Assembly: GCA_965219515.1 (NCBI GenBank)
Contig: OZ244776.1
Span: 891,224 to 955,223 of the forward strand
DNA from: Ilyomonas sp.
GTDB taxonomy: Bacteria > Bacteroidota > Bacteroidia > Chitinophagales > Chitinophagaceae
Length of the DNA: 64,000 bases
Direction: 5' to 3'
Part shown: positions 10,597-20,540 of the stretch, one piece after another
Position numbering within the stretch: position 1 is the stretch's first letter
Layout of the letters: each line of letters opens with the position of its first letter
The notes under the pieces: generated by a model
The model's input: only the letters and a program-made list of their open reading frames with translations
Told to the model about the DNA's origin: nothing
The model's database searches: none
Position numbers and translations under genes: made by a program

Positions 10597-10604
10597 CAAA
10601 TCTA
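10597..10604 (-). promoter_or_regulatory. candidate -7 promoter box (TAGATTTG on the minus strand)
   Basis: Exact TAnnTTTG match about 41 nt upstream of the aconitase ATG. Supported by the motif only. Confidence 0.3.
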
Positions 10605-10668
10605 CAAGAAAACAAGGCTTTTATATAATCTCCTGTTTTCATTTATAAAAACTTACTAAATTGCGGTT

Positions 10669-10890
10669 ATGAATAAGGTGAAACAATTTATCGAATGGCA
10701 GGTGTTTGGCGTTTGTTCCGCGCTTGGCGATAAATTGGGCATAGCAACATCGCGTATCCGCACCTGGTTTATTTATATTTCTTTTCTTACGATGGGCTCG
10801 CCAGTTGTTATTTATATGATTATGGCGTTCTGGCTAAATATTAAAAAATACATTCTTTCCGCCCGTAGAAATCCGCTGAAATACTTATAG
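10669..10890 (+). CDS. PspC domain-containing small membrane protein
   Basis: 73 aa. FGVCSALGDKLGIATSRIRTWFIYISFLT matches the PspC N-terminal domain pattern and is followed by a TM helix. Confidence 0.7.
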   Translation: MNKVKQFIEWQVFGVCSALGDKLGIATSRIRTWFIYISFLTMGSPVVIYMIMAFWLNIKKYILSARRNPLKYL

Positions 10891-10956
10891 GCTTTTTTTA
10901 GAAACGCCACCCATTACGTAGAAACTATAAATTCTTCATTATTATTTCTGTTAGAA

Positions 10957-11481
10957 ATGAACAATCAGTCTGCCGAATACTGGATGGAAGGAGCATTGCC
11001 AGGCATCATTAATTTGCTTCAGCCTGTGGCTCATGCGCTTCTACAGGCGCGAAGGGAAGCTGAAGAAATGATGAAAAATTTTCCCAATGAGCTTTTATGG
11101 AAAACGCCCGCCGGTATTGCGTCTCCGGCATTTCATCTGCAGCATATAACCGGTGTGATTGACAGATTGTTTACCTATGCTGATAACAAGAGCCTTACAT
11201 TGCAGCAACTGAATTATTTATCGGAAGAAGGAAAATATAGCGATACGATTAAAGTTGAATTGCTGCTTCAATGTTTGCGGAAACAAATTGATAATGCCAT
11301 CGCATTTTTAAAACAAACAAAACCCGATACACTTACAGAAACAAGATACATTGGTCGAAAAAAAATTGCAACCACCCAAATGGGTTTGCTATTTCACGCC
11401 GCGGAACATACCATGCGGCATACGGGTCAGTTGATGATAACGGTTAAAGTAATTGTAAGCGGAACGGATAGAACGCGTTAG
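10957..11481 (+). CDS. DinB family protein (putative metal-dependent thiol transferase fold)
   Basis: 174 aa with His-containing helices spaced as in DinB/YfiT proteins: HLQHITGVIDRL and HAAEHTMRHTGQL. Confidence 0.75.
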   Translation: MNNQSAEYWMEGALPGIINLLQPVAHALLQARREAEEMMKNFPNELLWKTPAGIASPAFHLQHITGVIDRLFTYADNKSLTLQQLNYLSEEGKYSDTIKVELLLQCLRKQIDNAIAFLKQTKPDTLTETRYIGRKKIATTQMGLLFHAAEHTMRHTGQLMITVKVIVSGTDRTR

Positions 11482-11801
11482 TTTTCTGCCAGTGCATTCA
11501 TACTGATAGCATAATGGCTTTCGTCATAAATACAACCGCCATTTTTAATAAGAAGAATTTGCGGAGATTCGTGAGATACATGAAACATATCAGATACTTT
11601 ATTCGAAATATTCCTGTTTTTTATCAGGTCTAAAAAATAAAAATCCATTGTATCTGGCGCGCCTTCGCGTTCCAGTCTTCTTAACACCATGCTGCTGATG
11701 CTGCAACGCGTACTGTGTTTAAAAATTACCTGCGGCTTCTGGTAAGATTCCTGTTCAATCTGCTGCAGTTGGTTTATATCGTTTAGTGTAATCCAGTTCA
11801 T
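11478..11801 (-). CDS. ytxJ: YtxJ-type monothiol thioredoxin-fold protein (bacillithiol system)
   Basis: 107 aa with FKHSTRCSIS, the single-Cys TxxC(S/T) motif of YtxJ. Its stop overlaps the DinB stop (convergent genes, 4-nt overlap). Confidence 0.75.
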   Translation of the reverse strand: MNWITLNDINQLQQIEQESYQKPQVIFKHSTRCSISSMVLRRLEREGAPDTMDFYFLDLIKNRNISNKVSDMFHVSHESPQILLIKNGGCIYDESHYAISMNALAEN

Positions 11802-11830
11802 AATTGCGACCGTTCAAATTATATGCCTTA

Positions 11831-11959
11831 TTAGCGTCTGAAATAATTTTTATCGTGCGAAGGGCAATTGCCAACTCTTGTGCCATGCGAAGAAGCGCAC
11901 GACGTAAATAAGCCTGCCAGCAAAGAGATAAATAGTAAGCTTGTAATAATTTGTTTCAT
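11831..11959 (-). CDS. unlisted 42-aa putative lipoprotein
   Basis: Hand-translated, below the ORF-track size cutoff: MKQIITSLLFISLLAGLFTSCASSHGTRVGNCPSHDKNYFRR*. Has a signal peptide and an LFTSC lipobox. Lies alone in a 430-bp intergenic region. Confidence 0.4.
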   Translation of the reverse strand: MKQIITSLLFISLLAGLFTSCASSHGTRVGNCPSHDKNYFRR

Positions 11960-12235
11960 ATATAAGCGTAAATGCCGATGTTTTTTCTGCCCGCTAAATT
12001 AATTTCTTTATAATGATGAAGAATTTAAAAAATGATTAATATTCTGTTTACTGCATCAATAAAAAAAAGCTATTTACGAAATGAATAATGAAAGGGATTC
12101 AAAATCTGAACAGATGATTTGTAAAGCAACGGTTGTCTTTTTATTCCGAACATTTTTTAATTATGGCGTTAAATAATAATAAAAGAGCATAATCATCATC
12201 AATTATACTCTTTTATTATTGAAGAGAATTTCGAT

Positions 12236-12583
12236 TTACATCTCAAATATTAATTGCTCATCCCGTTCTTCAACGGGTATCTGGCGAATAAAATTATCAT
12301 ATCCTCCTTCATCATCGTGCGATGAATACATGCCATACGCATCCATACTATAACCGATAAGTCCGTCATTTGCTTCAATCAGATAAATGATGCTGGAATC
12401 GCTCGGGTCGGAATCACCTTCAAAACGATATGTTTTAATAATTTTTAAATTTTCTGGCTGGTAAAATTTGCCTTTACCGGCCGTGAATCCCTTATCGGTC
12501 CAGTTAAATTCGTTGTCCATTTTTTTCAGACGCAGCTTTTCGAGTATTACCGAAGAACTTGTCATTTCGCCAGGCTTGAACAT
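12236..12583 (-). CDS. hypothetical acidic cytoplasmic protein
   Basis: 115-aa ORF with non-repetitive composition and no motif recognised. Stands alone between AT-rich intergenic regions. Confidence 0.55.
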   Translation of the reverse strand: MFKPGEMTSSSVILEKLRLKKMDNEFNWTDKGFTAGKGKFYQPENLKIIKTYRFEGDSDPSDSSIIYLIEANDGLIGYSMDAYGMYSSHDDEGGYDNFIRQIPVEERDEQLIFEM

Positions 12584-12847
12584 AAGTTTACAATTTAGAT
12601 GTATGCAATTTCAAATTTTATACCTACAAATTGACTATTCATTTTAAAACGAAAAGGAAGTACAAAATTTAATTGTTTATTATCAAATTAGTATTAAATT
12701 TGGTGCAGATTTAGTTGTATAAAATTCTTTCGCTTTCCGCTACGTTCATAGCTTTTATCTCAATATTATGTAAGTCTGATTAACAGGATATAGATTATTT
12801 TTTTGCGGAACCTCTAACATTGCAAAACACTTAAAACCGTATATATC

Positions 12848-13351
12848 ATGAATCCACTTATCCAGTCTAAAAAGACAAATAGACAAACTTCAGTAGTTGT
12901 AGGTAAAATTCGCAATTTGGTTGTAACACTGCAAAATGCAAACAAAGCCTTCAAATTACTGGCAGGGCGATGCGGCGACAGAAAGGCGCAAATGCTGGTC
13001 TTTGGAATGGCAACCGAATCGTTTCAGTTTTACAAAGAATTGTCGCTTCACATGCAGGTATTGAAAGGAGAACCGGAATTTAATGAAACCATTTTTACAG
13101 AATATCAATACGATAACGACAATTCGGAAGATGCAAAACGCGGAAGCATGGATAAAATGCTGGAAGATTGCGTAAGTATTGAAAAGGGTCTCATCAGCGA
13201 ATTTAGAAAATTGTTGAATGACCATTTAATTGCAGGCGATCTTCGTAAAATGCTGCAGCAACAACTTAACGGTTTCTTATATGCCTTTGCCAAAATAAAA
13301 ATGTTGAGCAACCTTCATGTAAGTTCTGATAATTATGTAAATATCTGGTAG
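12848..13351 (+). CDS. putative four-helix-bundle (ferritin-like, DUF2383/PA2169-like) protein
   Basis: 167 aa, predicted all-helical, with a layout reminiscent of DUF2383. The family assignment is from memory only. Followed by a clean terminator. Confidence 0.45.
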   Translation: MNPLIQSKKTNRQTSVVVGKIRNLVVTLQNANKAFKLLAGRCGDRKAQMLVFGMATESFQFYKELSLHMQVLKGEPEFNETIFTEYQYDNDNSEDAKRGSMDKMLEDCVSIEKGLISEFRKLLNDHLIAGDLRKMLQQQLNGFLYAFAKIKMLSNLHVSSDNYVNIW

Positions 13352-13369
13352 AATAAATTATATATCAAC

Positions 13370-13405
13370 AACGCCGGAACATTGTTTGTTCCGGCGTTTT
13401 TATTT
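13370..13405 (+). terminator. rho-independent terminator
   Basis: 12-bp stem AACGCCGGAACA (13370-13381) / TGTTCCGGCGTT (13387-13398) with loop TTGTT, followed by TTTTATTT. Confidence 0.7.
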
Positions 13406-13481
13406 CCCTTCATTCACACAAACCGCTGCTTTATACTTATGACAGACTGTTTCTTACCTTGCAGACTTTTAAAAAAATGCC

Positions 13482-15005
13482 ATGTCAGATTATCTTCAAC
13501 AATTAAACATACAACAACGTAATAAAGGAAATTCTACCGGCAGCGAATGGTGTAACGGAAAAGATAACATTGATTCTTATTCACCGGTTGACGGAATGAA
13601 AATCGGCAGCGTAGAAACGGCTGATGAAAATACGTATCAGAAAATCGTAGAGACAGCGCAGAAAGCATTTTTAGAATGGCGTGCTTTTCCTGCGCCAAAA
13701 CGCGGAGACATAATAAGACAGATTGGCGAAGCATTGCGAAAAAACAAAGATGATCTTGGTAAACTGGTAAGCTACGAAATGGGTAAAAGTTTGCAGGAAG
13801 GGTTAGGCGAAGTGCAGGAAATGATAGACATCTGCGATTTTGCCGTCGGGCTTTCGAGGCAGCTTTACGGACTTTCTATGCACAGCGAACGCGCGCATCA
13901 TCGTTTGTACGAGCAATGGCATCCGCTTGGCATTGTTGGTATTATATCGGCCTTTAATTTTCCTGTTGCCGTGTGGAGCTGGAATGCTGCGCTGGCGTGG
14001 GTTTGCGGCAATGTTTGCATTTGGAAGCCAAGCGAAAAAACACCTTTGTGCTCGGTTGCCTGTCAACAGATTGTAGCGGATGTATTTCGCAGAAACAATG
14101 TACCGGAAGGAGTAAGCTGTTTGTTGCAGGGTGATAAAACCATTGGTGAATGGTTGTGCAGCGATGTTCGCATTGCTTTAATTTCAGCTACGGGTTCTAC
14201 CAGAATGGGCAAAGCCGTTGGTGCTTCGGTAGCGGCACGGTTGGGTAAAACCATTTTGGAACTCGGCGGTAACAATGCCGTTATCATTTCCGAACATGCA
14301 GATCTGAATATGTCGTTAATCGGCTGTGTGTTTGGCGCGGTGGGTACAGCAGGGCAGCGATGTACAACCACAAGGCGGCTTATTATTCATTCTTCTCAAT
14401 ATAACAGCTTTACAGAAAAACTGGTAAAGGCATACAGGCAGTTAAGAATAGGAAATCCGTTACATAGCGAAAATCATGTAGGACCACTGATAGACAAACA
14501 CGCGGTAAGTCATTATTTATCTGCCATAGAACAATGCAGGCAACAGGGCGGTCATTTTGTGGTGGAAGGCGGCGTGTTGAAAGGTAAAGAATATGAAAGC
14601 GGATGTTATGTAAAACCCTGCATTGCCGAAGTAAAGAACGATTGGCCGATTGTTCAGCACGAAACGTTTGCACCGATTTTATATCTTTTACAATACGATA
14701 CCATAGAAGAAGCCATCGCTTTGCAAAACGGCGTTCCGCAGGGGTTAAGCTCTGCGATGATGACGCTGAATCTGCGCGAAGCCGAACAATTTTTATCTTA
14801 TCGCGGCAGCGATTGCGGAATTGCCAATGTAAATGTAGGAACCAGCGGTGCGGAAATCGGTGGCGCATTTGGCGGTGAAAAAGAAACCGGCGGCGGCAGG
14901 GAAAGCGGCTCCGATGCCTGGAAAGCGTATATGCGAAGACAAACCAACACTATCAACTGGGGCGCTGATCTGCCGCTGGCGCAAGGCATTCAGTTTCATT
15001 TGTAA
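13482..15005 (+). CDS. aldehyde dehydrogenase, ALDH7 (piperideine-6-carboxylate / aminoadipate-semialdehyde dehydrogenase)-like
   Basis: 507 aa with LELGGNNA and the catalytic Cys in GTAGQRCTT. The N-terminal region (SPVDGMKIGSV...EWRAFPAPKRGDIIRQIG) resembles the antiquitin subfamily. Confidence 0.85.
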   Translation: MSDYLQQLNIQQRNKGNSTGSEWCNGKDNIDSYSPVDGMKIGSVETADENTYQKIVETAQKAFLEWRAFPAPKRGDIIRQIGEALRKNKDDLGKLVSYEMGKSLQEGLGEVQEMIDICDFAVGLSRQLYGLSMHSERAHHRLYEQWHPLGIVGIISAFNFPVAVWSWNAALAWVCGNVCIWKPSEKTPLCSVACQQIVADVFRRNNVPEGVSCLLQGDKTIGEWLCSDVRIALISATGSTRMGKAVGASVAARLGKTILELGGNNAVIISEHADLNMSLIGCVFGAVGTAGQRCTTTRRLIIHSSQYNSFTEKLVKAYRQLRIGNPLHSENHVGPLIDKHAVSHYLSAIEQCRQQGGHFVVEGGVLKGKEYESGCYVKPCIAEVKNDWPIVQHETFAPILYLLQYDTIEEAIALQNGVPQGLSSAMMTLNLREAEQFLSYRGSDCGIANVNVGTSGAEIGGAFGGEKETGGGRESGSDAWKAYMRRQTNTINWGADLPLAQGIQFHL

Positions 15006-15049
15006 TAAGAAAGATTTAGCTGAGCAGAAAATCATTTTGCGTTGACTCT

Positions 15050-15769
15050 TTACTCCGTTAGTTGCCGCTTATACATCTGTATGGCGTTTTCAAAACCAAG
15101 ATAAAGAGCATCGCTAATCAGCGCATGACCAATCGAAACTTCATCGAGCCAGGGAATCTGCTGTTTAAAATATTTCAGGTTTTGTAAATCGAGATCATGA
15201 CCTGCGTTTACACCCAAACCCAATTCCCTGGCTTTGCCTGCCGCCGAAATATATGGCGCAACGGCATCTTTTTTATTTACTTCAAATCCGGTTGCGTAAC
15301 CTTCCGTATAAAGTTCTATCCGATCTGTTCCTGTTGCAGCCGCGCCTTCTATCATTTCTGTTACCGGATCAACAAAAATGCTTACCCGAATGCCTGCCTC
15401 TTTGAATACGGCAATCATTCCGGTTAAATAATCTTTATTTTCAATCGTGTTCCAGCCATGATTGCTGGTGATCTGACCGGAAGCATCGGGCACCAATGTT
15501 ACCTGCTGCGGCTTTACTTCCAACACAAGATCTACAAAACGCGGTTCTCTGCAATTGCCTTCAATATTTAATTCGGTTTTTATAATTTGTTTCATGGCTC
15601 TCACGTCGTTGTAGCGAATGTGTCTTTCGTCGGGCCGCGGATGAACGGTTATGCCATCGGCGCCAAACAGTTGCGCATCAATGGCAGCTTTTACCACATC
15701 AGGATTATTTCCGCCGCGACTGTTGCGAAGCGTTGCTATTTTATTAATGTTTACGCTGAGTTTTGTCAT
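15050..15769 (-). CDS. pdxJ: pyridoxine 5'-phosphate synthase
   Basis: MTKLSVNINKIATLRNSRGG...GITVHPRPDERHI matches PdxJ along its length (239 aa). Confidence 0.95.
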   Translation of the reverse strand: MTKLSVNINKIATLRNSRGGNNPDVVKAAIDAQLFGADGITVHPRPDERHIRYNDVRAMKQIIKTELNIEGNCREPRFVDLVLEVKPQQVTLVPDASGQITSNHGWNTIENKDYLTGMIAVFKEAGIRVSIFVDPVTEMIEGAAATGTDRIELYTEGYATGFEVNKKDAVAPYISAAGKARELGLGVNAGHDLDLQNLKYFKQQIPWLDEVSIGHALISDALYLGFENAIQMYKRQLTE

Positions 15770-15808
15770 AATACAAATGGCTGCAAAAATGATACAACTA
15801 TAATTGTT

Positions 15809-16237
15809 TTACAATGATGTTATAATTCGTAACGTAGTATCATCCGTTACTCCGTTAAAAAACTTTCTCAAAACATCTTCAAATACCGGATCGGCATCAG
15901 GCAGCGATGCAAAAAGCGTCATGCAAGATTTTAGTTTCATGTCATCCGGGCTTCCGAAAATTGCATTGGCATTATCATTCTCAAGTTGAAGCAATTGTTT
16001 ACAAATTGCAATGAGCCGGCTGCCCAGGAGCGGGTGTTGCATAAAAACCATCGCTTCTTCTTTATTTTTAATTGCATAAAAATTTGATGTCCGGCTAAAG
16101 CCAAGCCCGTGTATTTGCGGAAAAATATACCACATCCAATGACTGCGCTTTCTGCCTGCTTTTATTTCTGACAATGCTATGGCGTAATCTTTTTTCTGCG
16201 CATCGAGAAACCGTTTCAAATCATTTTCCTTATTCAT
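15809..16237 (-). CDS. DUF1810 family protein
   Basis: 142 aa. LKRFLDAQ...KRSHWMWYIFPQIHGLGFS is the characteristic DUF1810 core. Confidence 0.8.
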   Translation of the reverse strand: MNKENDLKRFLDAQKKDYAIALSEIKAGRKRSHWMWYIFPQIHGLGFSRTSNFYAIKNKEEAMVFMQHPLLGSRLIAICKQLLQLENDNANAIFGSPDDMKLKSCMTLFASLPDADPVFEDVLRKFFNGVTDDTTLRIITSL

Positions 16238-16414
16238 GCTTCAAATTTCATTTATAAATGCAAAAACAGCTTTTTATTCTTAGCATTTTAAAAAATGATG
16301 AATCGTTTAGCATCTGTCTCTTTTTTAAATGATTGAAAAACAAAAACATACAACTCGTAATAATGTTTATGGCATGTTTTTTAACCGGTTCAATACAAAA
16401 CCATTTTAAAAAGT

Positions 16415-17566
16415 ATGAATCAAAAAGCAAAAAGCTTTCGCTTAACCAAAACCTGGAAAATTGTTGCCGCAGTTGTGCTGCTTCTTATCATTTTCCGGCT
16501 GTTCTTACCCTACCTCGTATTACGCTATTGCAACAAATCGCTCGCCGAAATGAAAGGATATTATGGTCATATTCAGGATGTAGATATTTCGTTGTACCGC
16601 GGCGCTTACCAGATAAATGATATGTATATAAATAAAGCAGATTCCGCATCGGATAAACAAACGCCTTTTTTCAAGGTTGATAATGTGGATTTGTCTGTGG
16701 AATGGAAAGCCTTGCTGCACGGCGCGTTGGATGGCGAACTGATACTTCGGTCTCCAAAACTGATTTTTACCAAAGACAAAACGGAAATTGGTGATGTAAA
16801 AAAAGACACCGGCGATTTTCGTAAAGTAATTAAAGACTTTATGCCGTTGAAAATAAATCGCTTTGAAATTGATAATGGCAGCATTCATTATGTAGATGCA
16901 GGCGCAATGCCAAAGGTGGATATATCTCTTGAAAATACGTATGTGCTGGCGCAAAATTTAAAGAATGTGGAAGATAACAAAACGGCGCTTCCTTCGCCTG
17001 TTATTGCAAGAGCCAATGTGTATGGCGGCACATTGTCTTTAAATATGAAAATGGATGCGCTGGCAAAACAAACCAAGTTTGATTTGAATGCAGAAATAAA
17101 AAATATAAACCTCGTAAAGCTGAACAGCTTTTTACAAGCCTACGGAGGCTTTGATGTAAATAAGGGAACATTCGGACTTTATACTGAGTTTGCGGCAAAA
17201 GACGGAAGCTATAAAGGCTATGTAAAACCCATTATTAAAGATCTTGACGTTGTTGGACCAGAAGACAGACACGATAAATTTTTTCAGAAAGTATGGGAAG
17301 TGATTGTTGGCGGCGCGGGCACCATTTTAAAAAATCCGAAAAAAGATCAGATTGCATCCAAAGTTCCCATTCAGGGTGAATTTGGCAAGTCGAGCACCAA
17401 TGTGATTGAAGCCGTTTGGGAAGTTCTTAAAAACGCTTTTATACAAGCTCTTATTCCAAGCGTGGATAATCAGATTAACTTAAACTCCGTTGACAAAGAT
17501 GATGGCGATCATAAAACATTATTGCAAAAAGTGTTTGGCGGCGGAAAGAAAAAAAAGAAAAAATAA
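16415..17566 (+). CDS. DUF748 domain membrane-anchored protein
   Basis: 383 aa with an N-terminal TM anchor. The YRGAYQINDMYINK...FKVDNVDLSVEWKALLHG pattern is typical of DUF748. Ends in GGKKKKKK. Confidence 0.7.
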   Translation: MNQKAKSFRLTKTWKIVAAVVLLLIIFRLFLPYLVLRYCNKSLAEMKGYYGHIQDVDISLYRGAYQINDMYINKADSASDKQTPFFKVDNVDLSVEWKALLHGALDGELILRSPKLIFTKDKTEIGDVKKDTGDFRKVIKDFMPLKINRFEIDNGSIHYVDAGAMPKVDISLENTYVLAQNLKNVEDNKTALPSPVIARANVYGGTLSLNMKMDALAKQTKFDLNAEIKNINLVKLNSFLQAYGGFDVNKGTFGLYTEFAAKDGSYKGYVKPIIKDLDVVGPEDRHDKFFQKVWEVIVGGAGTILKNPKKDQIASKVPIQGEFGKSSTNVIEAVWEVLKNAFIQALIPSVDNQINLNSVDKDDGDHKTLLQKVFGGGKKKKKK

Positions 17567-17795
17567 AATAGTTTCACAAAAATGATTTCAAACCTAACGA
17601 TTCAGAAGATTTTTATAAACCAATGTATCTAAAAATGATTTTTGAATCTTTGGTTCTTTATCAGTTTTTAGTTTCTGTTACCAAAAATTTAATCAGACTT
17701 CTTCGTTTTTGATTTTTATACCTGATGACAGGAAAACTTCTTTACCAACAATTGTTTTCAGAAAATTAGTATTCTTGACTGCAAATTATAAACTC

Positions 17796-18349
17796 ATGAA
17801 AATCTTGCTTATTCTTTTATTTTTTTTTTGGACAATATCAACGTTTGGACAAACCAATTTAACAAGACAAAAAGGAAATTATTTTAAAACAACTTCCGGT
17901 GATTATTTTAAAAAAGTAATTAAGCCGTGGAAATACCAATACACTCAGACACAGATCAACAATGCAGGCGATTCTGTAAAAAAATCGGACAAATTATTTT
18001 CTGGAGAAGTGAAGCGATTTATGACGAAGTTTCAAAAGAATATTGGAAGCCTGACATTAGCTATGACATTTATTTTGCCTCAGACTCTACATATGTAATT
18101 GCCTTAGCTAATAAAATAAAGTTAGTTTCAAGTTGCGACTCGATAAACACTGGCGGAGACATTTTGTTGATAGGACACTTTATTTTAATCAGTCCATCTT
18201 TTTGTGTCAATTGTGCTTCTTCATCGAATGTTGACTACTGCAGAAAAATTATCAAACGTGTATTCGAATCTGTTTCCAATAAGGATACTTATGACTGGAA
18301 TATAATTCTCAGGCAGTTAAAAATTGACAAAGCCGATTTAAAGAATTAA
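17796..18349 (+). pseudogene. possible frameshifted secreted protein gene (two overlapping ORFs)
   Basis: A signal-peptide ORF (MKILLILLFFFWTISTFGQ..., frame of 17709..18098) overlaps a second ORF (17927..18349) in the -1 frame. The second ORF has no signal peptide or plausible start context. Composition suggests the real reading switches frame near 17990-18010. Confidence 0.3.
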
Positions 18350-18542
18350 TCGGCAGCCAACAAGTGGTTTTCAGTTATACCGGCTGACTTTTCTTACTTG
18401 ATCAGTAATTCTCTTATCAGTTTTTTTTCGGCTTGATGTTATGAATCCGGCGACAGTTCTCATCTTCATATTTTAATTTATCAATCGCTTTTGATTCGTC
18501 TAACATAACAAGAAACTTATTCAAAGCAGAAAACTAACATAC

Positions 18543-20540
18543 TTATTTCTGCACCATATTGCTTTCTGTCATCAGATATTTATCAAACCATGTAAAATAC
18601 CGTTCATATCTGTCCTTAATAAAGCCCGGCTGCGTAAAGCCATGAAACTGGTTGGGATAAATAAGCAGTTCGGTAGGCACGTCAAGTGTGCGCAAAGCCT
18701 GATACATTTGCTCACTGCCGGCGGCAGGCACATTAAAGTCTTTCTCACCCACCATAAATTGCGTGGGCGTAGCAATGCGGTCGGCGTGTAAAAAAGGGTA
18801 GGAGAGTTTCAGATATTTATCAATCGTACTGTCTTTCCATGGCAATCCTATTTCATTTACATATTGATTGATATACTGATCTACGCCAAACAGCGACAGC
18901 GGCGCAGCCACGCCCGCACCGCTGCTGGCGGCTTTAAAACGTTTGGTAGAAGCAATTACATAATCGGTTAAGATGCCGCCATAACTCCAGCCTGACATAG
19001 CCATTCGCCCGGAATCTATAATGCCTTTGGAGATTAAATAATCTGCCGCACCTAAAATGTCTGTTACTTCTTTGTTGCCCCAGTCTCCCGAAATAGCTCT
19101 TGAATAAGCAATGCCTTTTCCGTTGCTGCCACGGTAATTTACACCAACAACGGCGTAGCCATGCGCCGCAAACATTTGTCTTGTCATATCCCAGCCCAAC
19201 TCATCCTGCGAGGTAGGACCGCCATGAATGTAAAAGATAACGGGCAGAGGCATGGTGTCTTTACCCGGCGGATAATAAATAATGCCGGACACTTTTGTTC
19301 CGTCATTGCTGGTTGAAATAAATTTTTCTCCCTGTGCGATAGAAAGCGAATCGGTAAACTTGTTTTGTATGGTTGTCAACCGCTGCACATTGCCTTTTTC
19401 TATCGTGTACAATTCAGTTGGCAACTGCATGGTGCTCATAGCAGCCAGCCAGTTGCCGTCTTTTACCGGCTCTAAATAGGTGAACGATTTATCTCCGCCT
19501 GCCAGTTTTGTCATAGCGCCTGTAGCAGGATTAAACAAAGCGATATAGCGTTGCATATCATCTGAAACAAGAGCAGCGACACTTTTCCCGTCTTCACTCC
19601 AATGTTGACCTGAAACCGGTCTGTCTAAAGCAGCCGACAACAGTTTCGGTTCGCCGCCGCCGGCCGGAATTACACACAAACCGCTTTCATCATACATTTC
19701 ATACACGGCATCAGAGGTTGTTCGCAGATAAGAAATCCATTTACCGTCGGGGCTCCATTCGGGATTATTATCGCTGCCTGTCCAGGTAGTTAATTGTCTT
19801 GGCACGGAACCTTCGGCTGTATCAACAATCCAGATATCGCTGTTCTCGTTGCGGTCAACTTCTTTGGTATGATTGCTCACAAAAGCAATCTGCGCACCAT
19901 TGGGATTCCATGCAAAATCGCTTTCTTCATAAATGCCGGCTGTAAGCGGGTGCATCGTTTTAGAAGCAATGTTAAAAAGGTATAAATGCGTGCGCGACGT
20001 ATCGTATTGATAGCCGCTTACATCTTTCTTAAACGTAAACCGGTTGATGATGTATGGTTTCGGCGGTTTGTTCTTCGCCGTATCTTCAGCGTCCTGCATG
20101 GCAAGGCAAAGCTTATTGCCGTCAGGGCTCCATTCGTAGCCCTCCAGACTGCCTTTCGTATGAGTTAACTGTATGCCTTCGCCACCTCTTCGGTCAAGCA
20201 AAAAAACCTGGCTTTTACTGCCGTTGCGGTTTGCCATAAAGGATATGTATTTGCCATCCGGACTCCAGCGCGGCGAGCTTTCGTTATCCGGACTATTGGT
20301 AAGCTGTACGTTTTCTTTGCCGTCGCGGCTTGTCATCCAGATGTCGCTGTTGCGTTTGTCTTTTGCCGAATCAATAGTTGTAATGGTATAAACAATCCAT
20401 TTGCCATCGGGCGAAACATGAGCATCGTTTATTGACTGCAAACGATATATATCGCCGGGTTTCATGGCGCGTTTCACGGGCTGGGCAATGGCAGATAAAA
20501 ACAGGCATAAGAAAATTAAAAGCAGGTGAAGTTTTTTCAT
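18543..20540 (-). CDS. S9 family serine peptidase with N-terminal beta-propeller
   Basis: 665 aa with a signal peptide and repeated SPDGK/WSPDG propeller motifs. Has the GWSYGG nucleophile elbow and a C-terminal Asp/His region. Confidence 0.9.
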   Translation of the reverse strand: MKKLHLLLIFLCLFLSAIAQPVKRAMKPGDIYRLQSINDAHVSPDGKWIVYTITTIDSAKDKRNSDIWMTSRDGKENVQLTNSPDNESSPRWSPDGKYISFMANRNGSKSQVFLLDRRGGEGIQLTHTKGSLEGYEWSPDGNKLCLAMQDAEDTAKNKPPKPYIINRFTFKKDVSGYQYDTSRTHLYLFNIASKTMHPLTAGIYEESDFAWNPNGAQIAFVSNHTKEVDRNENSDIWIVDTAEGSVPRQLTTWTGSDNNPEWSPDGKWISYLRTTSDAVYEMYDESGLCVIPAGGGEPKLLSAALDRPVSGQHWSEDGKSVAALVSDDMQRYIALFNPATGAMTKLAGGDKSFTYLEPVKDGNWLAAMSTMQLPTELYTIEKGNVQRLTTIQNKFTDSLSIAQGEKFISTSNDGTKVSGIIYYPPGKDTMPLPVIFYIHGGPTSQDELGWDMTRQMFAAHGYAVVGVNYRGSNGKGIAYSRAISGDWGNKEVTDILGAADYLISKGIIDSGRMAMSGWSYGGILTDYVIASTKRFKAASSGAGVAAPLSLFGVDQYINQYVNEIGLPWKDSTIDKYLKLSYPFLHADRIATPTQFMVGEKDFNVPAAGSEQMYQALRTLDVPTELLIYPNQFHGFTQPGFIKDRYERYFTWFDKYLMTESNMVQK

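Noticed and set aside
9096-10648. Several 100-172-aa plus-strand ORFs antisense to aconitase.
   Set aside because: They lie wholly within a very well supported gene and have low-complexity, Pro/Ser/Ala- or Phe/Ile-rich compositions. Such ORFs are typical antisense artefacts of a long conserved CDS.
17541-17566. A-rich tract encoding the GGKKKKKK tail of the DUF748 protein, considered as a slippery or phase-variable site.
   Set aside because: The A-runs are interrupted (AAAGAAAAAAAAGAAAAAA) and sit at the extreme 3' end, where slippage would have little effect. Nothing suggests regulation.
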